Assembly: GCA_963722255.1 (NCBI GenBank)
Contig: CAVRJO010000001.1
Span: 512,001 to 576,000 of the forward strand
Length of the DNA stretch: 64,000 nt
From: Candidatus Babeliales bacterium
GTDB lineage: Bacteria; Babelota; Babeliae; Babelales; JANWKD01
Reading direction: 5' to 3'
Made by a program: the position numbers and the translations under genes. Of the stretch, positions 19,291 through 29,389 are shown piece after piece (the first letter of the stretch is position 1; the number at the start of each line of letters is the position of its first letter). A model generated the notes under the pieces. It was not told the origin of the DNA and searched no databases. It saw only the letters and a program-made list of their open reading frames with translations.

Positions 19291-21831
19291 ATGAATACCG
19301 AAAATAACGTGCTGACAAGGAGACTTGATTCTTTGAAGATACAAAGCTGGCAATATCTTTTTGATAATGCTAAATTTACTAATTTGAAAATTGTTAAACG
19401 CAACCAGGCTGATGATCTTTTTAATAAGAACAAACTGTATGCAACAATTAACCGATTAACAGAACAATTATCTTCACCTATCTCTTTAGAACTCGTTATT
19501 AAAGAAATTATAAAAAATCTTTACGATGGTATTACAACACAAGAAATCGAAAAAGCAATTTTACTTGCTGCTTTGCCATTTCTGGAACAAGATCCTTCAT
19601 ATGGAATATTTGCTTCACGCATACTCTTACAAATTTCATATAAAGAAGCTTTTTCAACATCAACAACAGAAACAACTCTTAAGGATGACTATAAAAAAGC
19701 TTTCATTAATGGTATTACAATCGGCGTTAAAAACAATATTCTTAACCCTGAGCTTTTGACCTTTGATTTAGAAATGCTTTCCAATAAATTAAACCTAGAA
19801 CGCGACCATCTTTTGAACTATCTTGGATTGCAAACACTCTATGAACGTTATTTCTTAAAAATTAATAAAAAAAGAGTTGAAGTTCCGCAAACTTTTTGGA
19901 TGCGTATCGCAATGGGTTTAGCAATTAATGAAATTGATAAAAACAATAAAGCAATTGAATTCTATGAGCTTTTTTCTCAATTATTATACATATCATCAAC
20001 ACCAACCCTTTTCCATTCAGGCTATTTACGAGCACAACTAAGCTCATGTTATTTAACGACCGTTAATGATGATTTAAGCCATATATTTAAATGTATGGGC
20101 GACAATGCACAACTCTCTAAATGGGCCGGTGGTATTGGCAATGATTGGACCAATATTCGCGCTACCGGATCACTTATTAAAAGTATTCATGCAACAAGTC
20201 AAGGGGTAATCCCCTTTTTGAAGATCGCTAATGATGTTGTTGTTGGTATAACACGAAGTGGTATTAGACGCGGTGGAACTTGTGCCTATTTAGAAACATG
20301 GCATTATGATATTGAAGACTTTTTAGATTTACGTAAAAACACTGGTGATGAGCGACGCAGAACACATGATATGAACACTGCCAATTGGATTCCCGATCTT
20401 TTCATGAAACGTGTTTTAGAAGATAAAGATTGGACTCTTTTTTCACCACAGGAAGTACCCGATCTTCATGATTTATATGGAAAAGCTTTTGAACAAAAAT
20501 ATGAAGAGTATGAAAAAAAAGCTCAAGAAGGAAAAATAGAACTTTTCCGCGTTATTTCAGCTCAAAAGTTATGGCGTAAAATGCTGAGTAGATTATTTGA
20601 AACAGGACATCCTTGGATTACCTTTAAAGATCCTTGCAATATTCGTTCACCTCAAGATCATGTAGGTGTCGTGCATAGTTCAAATCTTTGCACAGAGATC
20701 ACTCTCAACACTTCAGCTGATGAAACTGCTGTATGCAACTTAGGTTCCATAAACTTAGCTCGTCATACTGATAATGGAAAAGTCGATTATTCACTTCTTG
20801 AAAAAAGTGTAAAAACGGCAATTCGTATGCTTGACAATGTTATCGATCTTAATTTTTATCCAACCCAAGAAGCAAAAAATTCTAACTTGCGTCACAGACC
20901 AATAGGGTTAGGAATGATGGGTTTCCAAGATGCGCTCTTTAAATTAAATATACCTTTTGAAAGCCAGGAAGCCATAGACTTTGCCGATACCGTTGGTGAA
21001 AGGATTCTTTACTATGGCATTGTTGGCTCTTCAGATATTGCACAAGAACGTGGAACTTATTCAAGCTATAAAGGCTCAAAATGGGATCGTGGAATTTTTC
21101 CTCTTGATACTCTTAATCTTCTTGAACAAGAACGTGGTATACCCGTTGAAGTTTCACGTAGTTCAACGATGGATTGGGATGCATTAAAACAAAAAGTTAA
21201 ACAGCATGGCATGCGTAATTCAAATATATTAGCAATTGCTCCAACAGCTACCATTGCAAATATAGTTGGTTGTTATCCATGCATAGAGCCTATGTATAAA
21301 AATATTTATGTAAAATCTAATATTGCAGGTGAATTTACTATTATTAACCATTATTTAATTGAAGATCTTAAAGCCTTAGGCATTTGGAATAATGAAATGG
21401 TAGATAAATTAAAATATTATGATGGAAATTTGACCCAAATCGAAGAAATTCCGGAACATTTAAAACGCAAATATAAAACTGCTTTTGAGCTTGACCCAAT
21501 TCATATGATAAAAATAACGGCAACTCGTGGCAAATGGATTGATCAAAGCCAATCACATAATGTTTTCATGCAAGGTGTATCAGGACAAAAGATCAATGAT
21601 ATTTACCTCACTGCATGGAAAGTTGGTTTAAAAACAACCTATTATTTCCGCACACTTGGCGCAAGTCAAGTTGAGAAATCAACACTTGATCCAAAAAAAT
21701 GGGGCTTTACTCAAAAAAGAGAATATGCTTCATTTCCTACAGAAGAAGTTGCAACTAAGCCACAAACAAACCAATTTGCACCCGGCATAGTTTGCAATCT
21801 GGTAGATACTGATTGCGAATCGTGTCAATAA
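19291..21831 (+). CDS. nrdA: Ribonucleotide reductase alpha subunit
   Basis: N-terminal ATP-cone-like region (IVKRN), STPTLF, SSCY, SNLCTEI, APTAT, KTTYY, C-terminal CESCQ. Confidence 0.97.
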   Translation: MNTENNVLTRRLDSLKIQSWQYLFDNAKFTNLKIVKRNQADDLFNKNKLYATINRLTEQLSSPISLELVIKEIIKNLYDGITTQEIEKAILLAALPFLEQDPSYGIFASRILLQISYKEAFSTSTTETTLKDDYKKAFINGITIGVKNNILNPELLTFDLEMLSNKLNLERDHLLNYLGLQTLYERYFLKINKKRVEVPQTFWMRIAMGLAINEIDKNNKAIEFYELFSQLLYISSTPTLFHSGYLRAQLSSCYLTTVNDDLSHIFKCMGDNAQLSKWAGGIGNDWTNIRATGSLIKSIHATSQGVIPFLKIANDVVVGITRSGIRRGGTCAYLETWHYDIEDFLDLRKNTGDERRRTHDMNTANWIPDLFMKRVLEDKDWTLFSPQEVPDLHDLYGKAFEQKYEEYEKKAQEGKIELFRVISAQKLWRKMLSRLFETGHPWITFKDPCNIRSPQDHVGVVHSSNLCTEITLNTSADETAVCNLGSINLARHTDNGKVDYSLLEKSVKTAIRMLDNVIDLNFYPTQEAKNSNLRHRPIGLGMMGFQDALFKLNIPFESQEAIDFADTVGERILYYGIVGSSDIAQERGTYSSYKGSKWDRGIFPLDTLNLLEQERGIPVEVSRSSTMDWDALKQKVKQHGMRNSNILAIAPTATIANIVGCYPCIEPMYKNIYVKSNIAGEFTIINHYLIEDLKALGIWNNEMVDKLKYYDGNLTQIEEIPEHLKRKYKTAFELDPIHMIKITATRGKWIDQSQSHNVFMQGVSGQKINDIYLTAWKVGLKTTYYFRTLGASQVEKSTLDPKKWGFTQKREYASFPTEEVATKPQTNQFAPGIVCNLVDTDCESCQ

Positions 21832-21857
21832 CAATGCTTAATGAAAGGATTTCCCCT

Positions 21858-22859
21858 ATGTCAAAAAAATCGATTCTTAATAACTCAATAACAGACCCTA
21901 ATAAGATTCTGCCCATGACCTATACATGGGCGCGCGAACATTATAAGAACGGCATCGCCAATAACTGGACTCCTGAAGAAGTTTCTATGCAACTTGATGT
22001 TGAGCAATGGAAATCACCAACATTCCTAACACAAAAAGAACGCCGTTTAATCATTTGGAACTTAGGCTTTTTTTCAACGGCTGAATCATTAACGGCAAAT
22101 AATTTAGTGTTGGCAGTTTATCGTCATGTTACAAATCCTGAATGCCGTCAATATCTTTTGAGACAAGCATTTGAAGAAGCAATACACACGGACACTTTTA
22201 TCTATTGCTGTGATACTCTAGGTTTAGATCCTGATGAAATTTACAATATGTACAATACTATTCCTTCTATTGCAGAAAAAGACAATTTTGTCATTAATTT
22301 AACAAAATCGATCTTCGATCCTAATTTTACTACAGAAGGCGAAGAGAATATAAAAAAATTTCTTCATGACCTTATTGGTTATTATGTCATTATGGAAGGA
22401 ATTTTTTTCTATGCAGGCTTTGCAATGATGCTTGCTTTAAAACGCCAAAATAAAATGGTTGGCATAGGCGAACAATTTGAATATATTATGCGCGATGAGA
22501 GTATTCATTTAGCCTTTGGCTGCGATTTAATCAATACGGTCAAAGCAGAAAATCCATCAATCTGGACTGCAGAATTCCAAAACGAACTTGTTGAATTAAT
22601 TAAAAAAGCAGTTTCACTTGAAGTCCGCTACGCCCATGATGCATGTCCTGAAGGATTACTCGGCATCAATGCTGATCAATTTAGCGATTATGTAGAACAT
22701 ATAGCAGATAGAAGATTGGAACGAATTGGTCTTCCAAAAGTATATTTTAAAGAAAATCCTTTCCCTTGGATGTCTCAATCAACTGATTTAGCAAAAGAGA
22801 AGAACTTTTTTGAAACACGCGTTACTGAATACCAAACTGCCGGTTCACTTGAATGGTAA
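21858..22859 (+). CDS. nrdB: Ribonucleotide reductase beta subunit with class Ic (R2c) signature
   Basis: FFSTAESL, EEAIHTDTF, MEGIFF, RDESIH, NFFETRVTEY. AAGGA RBS before 21858. Confidence 0.95.
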   Translation: MSKKSILNNSITDPNKILPMTYTWAREHYKNGIANNWTPEEVSMQLDVEQWKSPTFLTQKERRLIIWNLGFFSTAESLTANNLVLAVYRHVTNPECRQYLLRQAFEEAIHTDTFIYCCDTLGLDPDEIYNMYNTIPSIAEKDNFVINLTKSIFDPNFTTEGEENIKKFLHDLIGYYVIMEGIFFYAGFAMMLALKRQNKMVGIGEQFEYIMRDESIHLAFGCDLINTVKAENPSIWTAEFQNELVELIKKAVSLEVRYAHDACPEGLLGINADQFSDYVEHIADRRLERIGLPKVYFKENPFPWMSQSTDLAKEKNFFETRVTEYQTAGSLEW

Positions 22860-22867
22860 ATTAGAAC

Positions 22868-22898
22868 GTCACATGAGATTAACATAATCTCATGTGAC
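22868..22898. terminator. Hairpin between convergent genes
   Basis: Perfect 14-bp stem GTCACATGAGATTA/TAATCTCATGTGAC. Confidence 0.75.
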
Positions 22899-22923
22899 AA
22901 AATTTTAGATCAGGGTAACACTA

Positions 22924-23142
22924 TTAAAAATTATCATAAAAATGAATTGGATGTGTAGGACCAGAGCCACAGTTTTGTGTTTGTTGGCTAAAAGATTCTA
23001 TTTGAGCTTCTGCTCCACTGGTACTAGCAACCTGAGAACCGGAATTGGCGACACCATTTGTACCATTTTCCATACTATACGTAGTATGCACAGTAACGAT
23101 TAAAAATAAAATCACTCTATATATACAGTTCTTGATATTCAT
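22924..23142 (-). CDS. Small exported protein
   Basis: GAGG RBS, MNIKNC.. leader ending TYS|MENG, 72 aa. Confidence 0.6.
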   Translation of the reverse strand: MNIKNCIYRVILFLIVTVHTTYSMENGTNGVANSGSQVASTSGAEAQIESFSQQTQNCGSGPTHPIHFYDNF

Positions 23143-23200
23143 TAATAATCTCCTCATTATGATTACGTGAACTTGATTCATGTCTACTATTATTATAATT

Positions 23201-23848
23201 CTACTGAACTATACCTCTATACTTTTGAAAATCTTCTTGAAAGGTGACAAACTTAAAATGCATGAATACCGTAGTACTCATATTGATCATGCGAGCGTCC
23301 ATATCTCTGCATGCTTGTATATATCGAACTCTATTGTTTGCTCTTTCAATAAACTGTTGCGTCACAAGATAAATATTAGAGCTCCCAAATGTCCCTTGCA
23401 TAAACACATTCCCATTTTCTTGTTTTAATTTTTCAATTTTAGAATATGCAGCTCCATAGTCAGTTTCAATGTTAAGAGGTCGTGTTTCAGTAAATTGCTT
23501 GAGACGATCCAATTGCAAGAAAAACTTAAAATCCAATAAAAAATCCGCATTTACATTTTGACCTGTCACTTTTTTAAATGCCAATTCTGTAAGATATGTT
23601 TTGTAATAAAGTGAATCCTTTTCTTCAACTTGTTTAATTAAAGCAGCCAATTTTTCAAGGTTAACATACTCATCACATTCTTTGCTTGTATTTCTAAAAC
23701 AAACAATATTATTATCTTGTACTTCGATTTTGCCTTGCATAAAGGCTTCAATCAAATTGATGGTGAAAGAATAATTATCATTTCGCTCTTCCATAGAATG
23801 CAGGGGTAAAATAGCACTACAAACCAACATAACTAATTTAAACCACAT
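23201..23848 (-). CDS. Exported hypothetical protein
   Basis: AAGGAG RBS, MWFKLVML..LHS|MEER. Confidence 0.7.
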   Translation of the reverse strand: MWFKLVMLVCSAILPLHSMEERNDNYSFTINLIEAFMQGKIEVQDNNIVCFRNTSKECDEYVNLEKLAALIKQVEEKDSLYYKTYLTELAFKKVTGQNVNADFLLDFKFFLQLDRLKQFTETRPLNIETDYGAAYSKIEKLKQENGNVFMQGTFGSSNIYLVTQQFIERANNRVRYIQACRDMDARMINMSTTVFMHFKFVTFQEDFQKYRGIVQ

Positions 23849-23870
23849 AGCACTCCTTAATAACGTACAA

Positions 23871-24422
23871 CTATTGCTCAAAAATACCTTCATCTAAAGC
23901 TTTTTTGTACCAATCAATACTTTGTTCAATAAGAAGATGGGCTTCTTGCTTGTCTAAAAACCGATCCACAATCACTTGTTTTTCTTCTAACTTTTTATAG
24001 GTTTGAAAAAAATCCTTGATTGTTTCGACCAAATCATGCGGGAGCTCTTCAATAGTTTTTATACCATTAACGCTATAATCGTGCGTTGCAACGGCTATAA
24101 TCTTATCATCTTGCTGCCCGGCATCAATCATATGTAATGCTCCTATGGGGGTTATTTCTACAATAGATAAAGGCACAAGCGGTTCTGAACAAATAATAAC
24201 TGCATCAAGGGGATCATTATCATCACAATACGTTTGTGGAATAAATCCATAATGAAAAGGATAGGTCAAATGCGTACGCAAAACTCTATCTAATCGTAAT
24301 AATCCGGTTGCCTTATCAAGTTCATATTTTGCTTTTGAACCTTTGGTAATTTCAATAACAGCATTAACCGTATCCGGCGAACCCTTTCCATAAGACAATG
24401 CATGCCAAGGATGAAGAATCAT
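23871..24422 (-). CDS. ppa: Soluble inorganic pyrophosphatase (family I)
   Basis: KYELDK, YGFIPQT, DNDPLD, DDKIIAV. Confidence 0.96.
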   Translation of the reverse strand: MILHPWHALSYGKGSPDTVNAVIEITKGSKAKYELDKATGLLRLDRVLRTHLTYPFHYGFIPQTYCDDNDPLDAVIICSEPLVPLSIVEITPIGALHMIDAGQQDDKIIAVATHDYSVNGIKTIEELPHDLVETIKDFFQTYKKLEEKQVIVDRFLDKQEAHLLIEQSIDWYKKALDEGIFEQ

Positions 24423-24520
24423 ATATACTTTCTTTTAATAAATGGTTTACTACAATACGATTTTTAGTATAGCATAATTCAGCGTATAACAATAAATGAA
24501 AAGAAAAAAAGTAATGATCT

Positions 24521-26044
24521 ATGAATAAAGATAAGGCTCCGAGCGTTTTAGTCATTCTAGATGGATTTGGTTATTCAAAAGATTCTTTTTCAAATGCAAT
24601 TTATCATGCACAAAAGCCTACTTTCGATTTTCTGCTCAAAACTTTTCCCCACACCTTATTAGATGCTTCCGGAACAGCCGTAGGATTACCCGCAAACACC
24701 ATAGGTAACTCTGAAGTCGGCCATTTAACATTGGGAGCTGGAAGAATTATACAGCAACCTCTCACTCTAATTTCAAACGAAATAAGAGAAGGCACCTTAC
24801 AAAAAAATCCTATTTTGACTAATAACTTTTTAGAGTTACAAAAAAATAAAGGCAATCTTCATCTTATGGGACTCCTTTCTGATAGTGGAGTTCATAGCAC
24901 TATTGAACATCTTTTTGGCTATTTAGAAATCGCAAAAAAATATGATCTTGCAAATGTCTTTATTCACTGCTTTCTTGATGGCCGCGATGTGCCGCCACAT
25001 TCGGCAAACCATTATTTAAGTGAGCTAAATAAAAAAATTGATGAACTGAAGATTGGCACTATAGCTTCTCTGCATGGACGATTTTATGCCATGGATCGTG
25101 ATCACAATTGGCAGCGGACACAAAGCTGCTACAATGTTCTTACACAAAAGCAGGAAATAACCTTTGACTCCTGGAATAAGGTAGTTGATTATTATTATCA
25201 ACGACAAATTTTTGATGAGTTTATTCCTCCCACGCAACTACTCAAAGGTAGCATTATCAAAAAAGATGATGGCATTCTTTTTTTCAACATTCGACCCGAT
25301 CGTGCACGCCAACTTACCCAAGCTTTTACTGATCCTGAATTCAACTTCTTTGAGCGCAGCCCAATCACACTAAGCTTTTTTATTACACCCATAAGCTACA
25401 ACGATAGATGCATAACTACACCCCTTCTTGAGCAAAAAGTTGTGCATAACTCACTTCTTGAATGCTTAAGCAAGTCGGGCAAATCAATATATGCCATTGC
25501 TGAAACTGAAAAATATGCACATATTACCTATTTTTTTAGCGGCGGTAGAGAACAACCTTGGCCTCATGAAATGCGTATGGTAGTTCCTTCATTGCCTTTA
25601 CGTAATTATGTGCAACACCCTGAAATGTCTGCAGATCTAATAACCAAGCAAATTATTGATTCTTTAGAGCATGATCCCTTTGATTTTTATCTCATTAATT
25701 ATGCCAATGCTGATATGGTTGGCCATTCAGGAGATTTTAATGCAACAATTCGTGCTGTTGAATGCTTAGATGGACAACTAGGGGCTTTATACCAAGAGGT
25801 GGTAGTAAAACGAAATGGGACTCTTTATATTACTGCTGATCATGGTAATGCTGAAAAAAAATTTGATGTCAAAACTGGCCAGCCCAGCAAATCTCATACG
25901 ACAAACCCTGTATATCTCATTATGGCTAAAAAAGGGCTCGAAAATAAGCAATTTTCAGCTAATTTAGAAGGCCTTTCAGACGTTGCCCCCTTTATCCTTA
26001 ATAATATGCATATTTCAGTCCCTTCTGAAATGCAGCACATTTAA
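24521..26044 (+). CDS. gpmI: 2,3-BPG-independent phosphoglycerate mutase
   Basis: ILDGFG, GNSEVGH, DGRD, ETEKYAH, DMVGHSG, TADHGN. Confidence 0.97.
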   Translation: MNKDKAPSVLVILDGFGYSKDSFSNAIYHAQKPTFDFLLKTFPHTLLDASGTAVGLPANTIGNSEVGHLTLGAGRIIQQPLTLISNEIREGTLQKNPILTNNFLELQKNKGNLHLMGLLSDSGVHSTIEHLFGYLEIAKKYDLANVFIHCFLDGRDVPPHSANHYLSELNKKIDELKIGTIASLHGRFYAMDRDHNWQRTQSCYNVLTQKQEITFDSWNKVVDYYYQRQIFDEFIPPTQLLKGSIIKKDDGILFFNIRPDRARQLTQAFTDPEFNFFERSPITLSFFITPISYNDRCITTPLLEQKVVHNSLLECLSKSGKSIYAIAETEKYAHITYFFSGGREQPWPHEMRMVVPSLPLRNYVQHPEMSADLITKQIIDSLEHDPFDFYLINYANADMVGHSGDFNATIRAVECLDGQLGALYQEVVVKRNGTLYITADHGNAEKKFDVKTGQPSKSHTTNPVYLIMAKKGLENKQFSANLEGLSDVAPFILNNMHISVPSEMQHI

Positions 26045-26051
26045 TTTCTTA

Positions 26052-26079
26052 TTGACAATTTTTTATTTTTGTATACAAT
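26052..26079 (+). promoter_or_regulatory. Sigma70-like promoter
   Basis: TTGACA-N16-TACAAT upstream of 26135. Confidence 0.5.
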
Positions 26080-26134
26080 AATAGTGAATGGTTAAAAAAT
26101 TGAAATAATAATTGAAACTTCACAGGAAAACCCA

Positions 26135-26719
26135 ATGAAACTACTAAAATTATATAGTCTATTCTTTTTATCTTTTGTTATAGCCAATATTTCAGGCATG
26201 GAAGAACCGCTTACCAGAGAAAACGTTATCGAAAAATTTGAGGAATTGAAAGATTTGTATGAAAAAAACAAGAGTAATCTGTATGATAATAATATAACAC
26301 TTCCTTATAATCGTAGATGCGAGAGAATAGCTAAAGATCTTAATGGTAAAGATCCTAATCTTCAAAATATAGTAAGACTAATTGACGGTTGCACTAAGAT
26401 TATTAATTCTGAAATCGAAAAAATCAGAGGAGATGACTTAGAGTCGAGAAACCGGTACACACAATATAATATGAATAGAGCAGGCATTGCGCCAGCAGCA
26501 GCAACAGCTCCTGCAGCATTTAATACTAGTCCAAAAATCAATATACCAAAAATTGTAGCCTATCTTTGTGGAACAGGAATTTGCACTGGCATTGGGATTT
26601 ATAGCTATTATAAACTTTCCCCTGAAGCATGGTTTCGACCAATTTCATTGGGTTTAAGTTCTGTTGGCGGAATCGCATGCAGTTATTTAACCTATATACA
26701 TTGCATTCATCGAAAATAA
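26135..26719 (+). CDS. Exported protein with C-terminal two-helix hydrophobic domain
   Basis: ISG|MEEP. C-terminal AYLCGTGICTGIGIYSYY..ISLGLSSVGGIACSYL. Confidence 0.7.
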   Translation: MKLLKLYSLFFLSFVIANISGMEEPLTRENVIEKFEELKDLYEKNKSNLYDNNITLPYNRRCERIAKDLNGKDPNLQNIVRLIDGCTKIINSEIEKIRGDDLESRNRYTQYNMNRAGIAPAAATAPAAFNTSPKINIPKIVAYLCGTGICTGIGIYSYYKLSPEAWFRPISLGLSSVGGIACSYLTYIHCIHRK

Positions 26720-27572
26720 AATAGGATTTTTATTACATTAACTATTCTTAGTACTCTTAGAGATAAGCAATAAGCATCATCTATTATTAAGGGCAACCGC
26801 ATGAAATTACCAAAAATCTTTTTTATATTCCTTAGCGTTCTCCTGACGTTACCTCTCTTATCAATGGAAAAATTAACTAAAGAAGGGCTACAACTACAAT
26901 TCGATCAACTTAATGAAAAGTTTATGGAAAATAAATCTTCACTTAATGTCACAACCGAATCCAAAGTGGAAGCTCTAATCAATTCAACACAAGAATCATT
27001 AAAAAAGAAAAAATTGAAAAAAAAGAGTTCAAAAACAGTTTATGAAAATATTACTCAAGCTCAAGAGCTTTTAGATAGTGCAATTAAACAAAAAAAAAGC
27101 GAAGCTCTTTTGCTGGCTAGAGCACAAAAAATGAAAGGAAAAGCACAAGAAGCTGAAAAGCAAACAACTCAACGATTACAATGCCAAGCACCACAATTAC
27201 AACAATTTCCACAACAAGTACAAAATGTTGAATATTTTGTATTACAAATTCCTGAACCTGAAATGTTAGCCCAACCAAATCCAATAACCGAGTTTTCCTT
27301 AAGTGCAATACAAGAGCAAGAACCAGACACTATCCTAACTACTCTTCCAGGACTTCTTCATCCAAAAGAAAATATACCAATGCTTTCAACTGCATTGCAT
27401 AAAGCTCGCCCGATTTCTTGGGGCAAAGTATATGCCTATCTTTGTGGCACTGGACTTTGTACTGGCATTGGGATTTATAGCTATTATAAACTTTCTCCTG
27501 AAACATGGTATCGACCAATTTCATTGGGTTTAAGTTTTCTTGGCGGATCAGCTTGCAGTTATTTAACCTATA
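26558..27572 (+). repeat. 139-bp direct repeat (26558-26696, 27434-27572) encoding the shared hydrophobic domain
   Basis: Long identical runs, e.g. ACTGGCATTGGGATTTATAGCTATTATAAACTTTC and CGACCAATTTCATTGGGTTTAAGTT. Confidence 0.9.
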
Positions 27573-27595
27573 AAAATTTAAGATCTAACAAATAA
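26801..27595 (+). CDS. Exported protein sharing the C-terminal hydrophobic domain
   Basis: LLS|MEKL, K-rich stretch KKKKLKKK, same C-terminal module. Confidence 0.7.
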   Translation: MKLPKIFFIFLSVLLTLPLLSMEKLTKEGLQLQFDQLNEKFMENKSSLNVTTESKVEALINSTQESLKKKKLKKKSSKTVYENITQAQELLDSAIKQKKSEALLLARAQKMKGKAQEAEKQTTQRLQCQAPQLQQFPQQVQNVEYFVLQIPEPEMLAQPNPITEFSLSAIQEQEPDTILTTLPGLLHPKENIPMLSTALHKARPISWGKVYAYLCGTGLCTGIGIYSYYKLSPETWYRPISLGLSFLGGSACSYLTYKNLRSNK

Positions 27596-27654
27596 CAAAC
27601 AAAAAAGAGACGTTGAATTAAAAATTACAACGACTTTTTTATAATTTTACAATC

Positions 27655-28044
27655 TTAAAAGAGAACAAACGCCATTATGGTTGCACCAATTGCCGAGATT
27701 CCCTTAAGAACTTCCCCTACAGGTTTTTTTGCTGCTTCAAAAAAATCTCCCGCCTTAATTGCAAGATACTCTCTCAACAATATGGTATCGCGGTGGGTAT
27801 TATTTTGTAGTAATCCCACTCCATGAACAAAACTATTAGATTGAGCATAACGCGAAACCTTTGATGAAGGATATTTTAATTTAATTCCCGAGACTCTGGC
27901 AACGGTTATAGGTTTTGAATGATAGCGCGATTGAAGAGCGAATAATTGATTAATAACCGTATCTTTAGAGGTAACGATTGGCTTTATAGTTGATTGAAAA
28001 CCTACTATAAGAGCCAAGCTCAAGATAATTTTTATACTTTTCAT
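27655..28044 (-). CDS. Small exported/membrane protein
   Basis: GAGG RBS, signal peptide, hydrophobic C-terminus. Confidence 0.55.
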   Translation of the reverse strand: MKSIKIILSLALIVGFQSTIKPIVTSKDTVINQLFALQSRYHSKPITVARVSGIKLKYPSSKVSRYAQSNSFVHGVGLLQNNTHRDTILLREYLAIKAGDFFEAAKKPVGEVLKGISAIGATIMAFVLF

Positions 28045-28207
28045 AGATAACCTCTTTTTTACTGTTTTTTGTTGCTTTATTACGTATCTAACTTAAGTAT
28101 AAACTATTCTATAAAGTTGTCAATAAATATTTCTATTTGAAGTAAAATAGCCAAGGCGAGCTAATTTTGATGCAAAATAAGCCAAAAAAATGGAAAAAGT
28201 AAGAATT

Positions 28208-28780
28208 TTAAGATTTTGAGGGCGCCAAATACTCATAATAGACAAAACCATCATCCCGAGAGGATTCTCGGAATCCATAGCGTGTATAAAGCTTCTGTGC
28301 CGGAAAATTCGTAGTTCTTGTGACAAGTTCAATTTTAGCAGCTCCTCGTTTAATAAGATCTTTTACTGCATAGTCAAGAAGCTTATAAGCCCATCCTTTT
28401 GATCTAAATTCCGGGTCAAGATCAATAAATCGTAAATCTCCAAGATAAAAGTTCTTCATAAAATAGATCACAAATCCCACCGGCTTTTTATGGTGATAAC
28501 CAACCTTTATGCTTAAGTTACCTAGATGTTCCGGTTTTTTTGATGAAGCACGGTTTCTGAGCATATATTCAGGAGAATAGTCATAGCCTTCTACGAGCCA
28601 ATACCAATCACGTTTGAAACTATCCAAAATAAATGAGGTATCTCGTTCAGGAACAAAATCTAAAATCACGTCTTGCTGACGCATTTGAAAGAAATAGTAA
28701 AGACTTCCGGCAGATGCTGTTAAAAAAATTCCACCTATACATATTTTTAACCAGAGACGAGATTTAGAATGATATACCAT
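28208..28780 (-). CDS. GNAT N-acetyltransferase (RimI-like) with N-terminal membrane anchor
   Basis: LDPEFRSKGWA (motif A), NFPAQKLYTRYGF (motif B), N-terminal TM. Confidence 0.85.
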   Translation of the reverse strand: MVYHSKSRLWLKICIGGIFLTASAGSLYYFFQMRQQDVILDFVPERDTSFILDSFKRDWYWLVEGYDYSPEYMLRNRASSKKPEHLGNLSIKVGYHHKKPVGFVIYFMKNFYLGDLRFIDLDPEFRSKGWAYKLLDYAVKDLIKRGAAKIELVTRTTNFPAQKLYTRYGFRESSRDDGFVYYEYLAPSKS

Positions 28781-28941
28781 CAGTGACCTTTAATTATAGT
28801 TAGTTTGATAGCACTAGAATAAGGCAAAACAGCAATAAAAATCAAGAAATATCATTATCTGAACAGTTCTTTATTGCAAAAAAGATAACCACTAGGTAGG
28901 TTATAATAAACTATGGTTTTATAAAAAAAAGGAAACAAAGA

Positions 28942-29364
28942 ATGGATAAAATTCAACAACACACTAGTTCTTTATACACGCCTTGGTTAGCGCTTAAAAT
29001 AATCTACGGCCTCATTGTACTCATTGCAGGTATAGATAAGTTCTTATTCATTTTAAGCCCTCATAACGACAATTTTATAAGCGCTTTGGTTAAAGCCATT
29101 TTACCAGTATCAACGTTACATTTTCTTTATGGTGTTGGTATTTTTGAAATTATTATTGGCATAATGATTTTAACAAATTTTACCTACTGGGGTGCTCTGC
29201 TCCTTATGGCTTGGTATCTTATTATTGATGTCAATCTTTTTACCATAGGACCAACATTCTATCTTTTAATCCTTACTAATCTTGGTCATGCTGCAGCATC
29301 ATATACCTTAGCAAAACTTACGGCGTTTCTCTACCCCAAATTAGGTAAAAAAACGCCGCAATAA
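28942..29364 (+). CDS. DoxX-like membrane protein
   Basis: LKIIYGLIVLIAGIDKF, GIFEIIIG, four TM segments. Confidence 0.65.
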   Translation: MDKIQQHTSSLYTPWLALKIIYGLIVLIAGIDKFLFILSPHNDNFISALVKAILPVSTLHFLYGVGIFEIIIGIMILTNFTYWGALLLMAWYLIIDVNLFTIGPTFYLLILTNLGHAAASYTLAKLTAFLYPKLGKKTPQ

Positions 29365-29389
29365 TCTTCTACTTTAGATGAATAACTTA

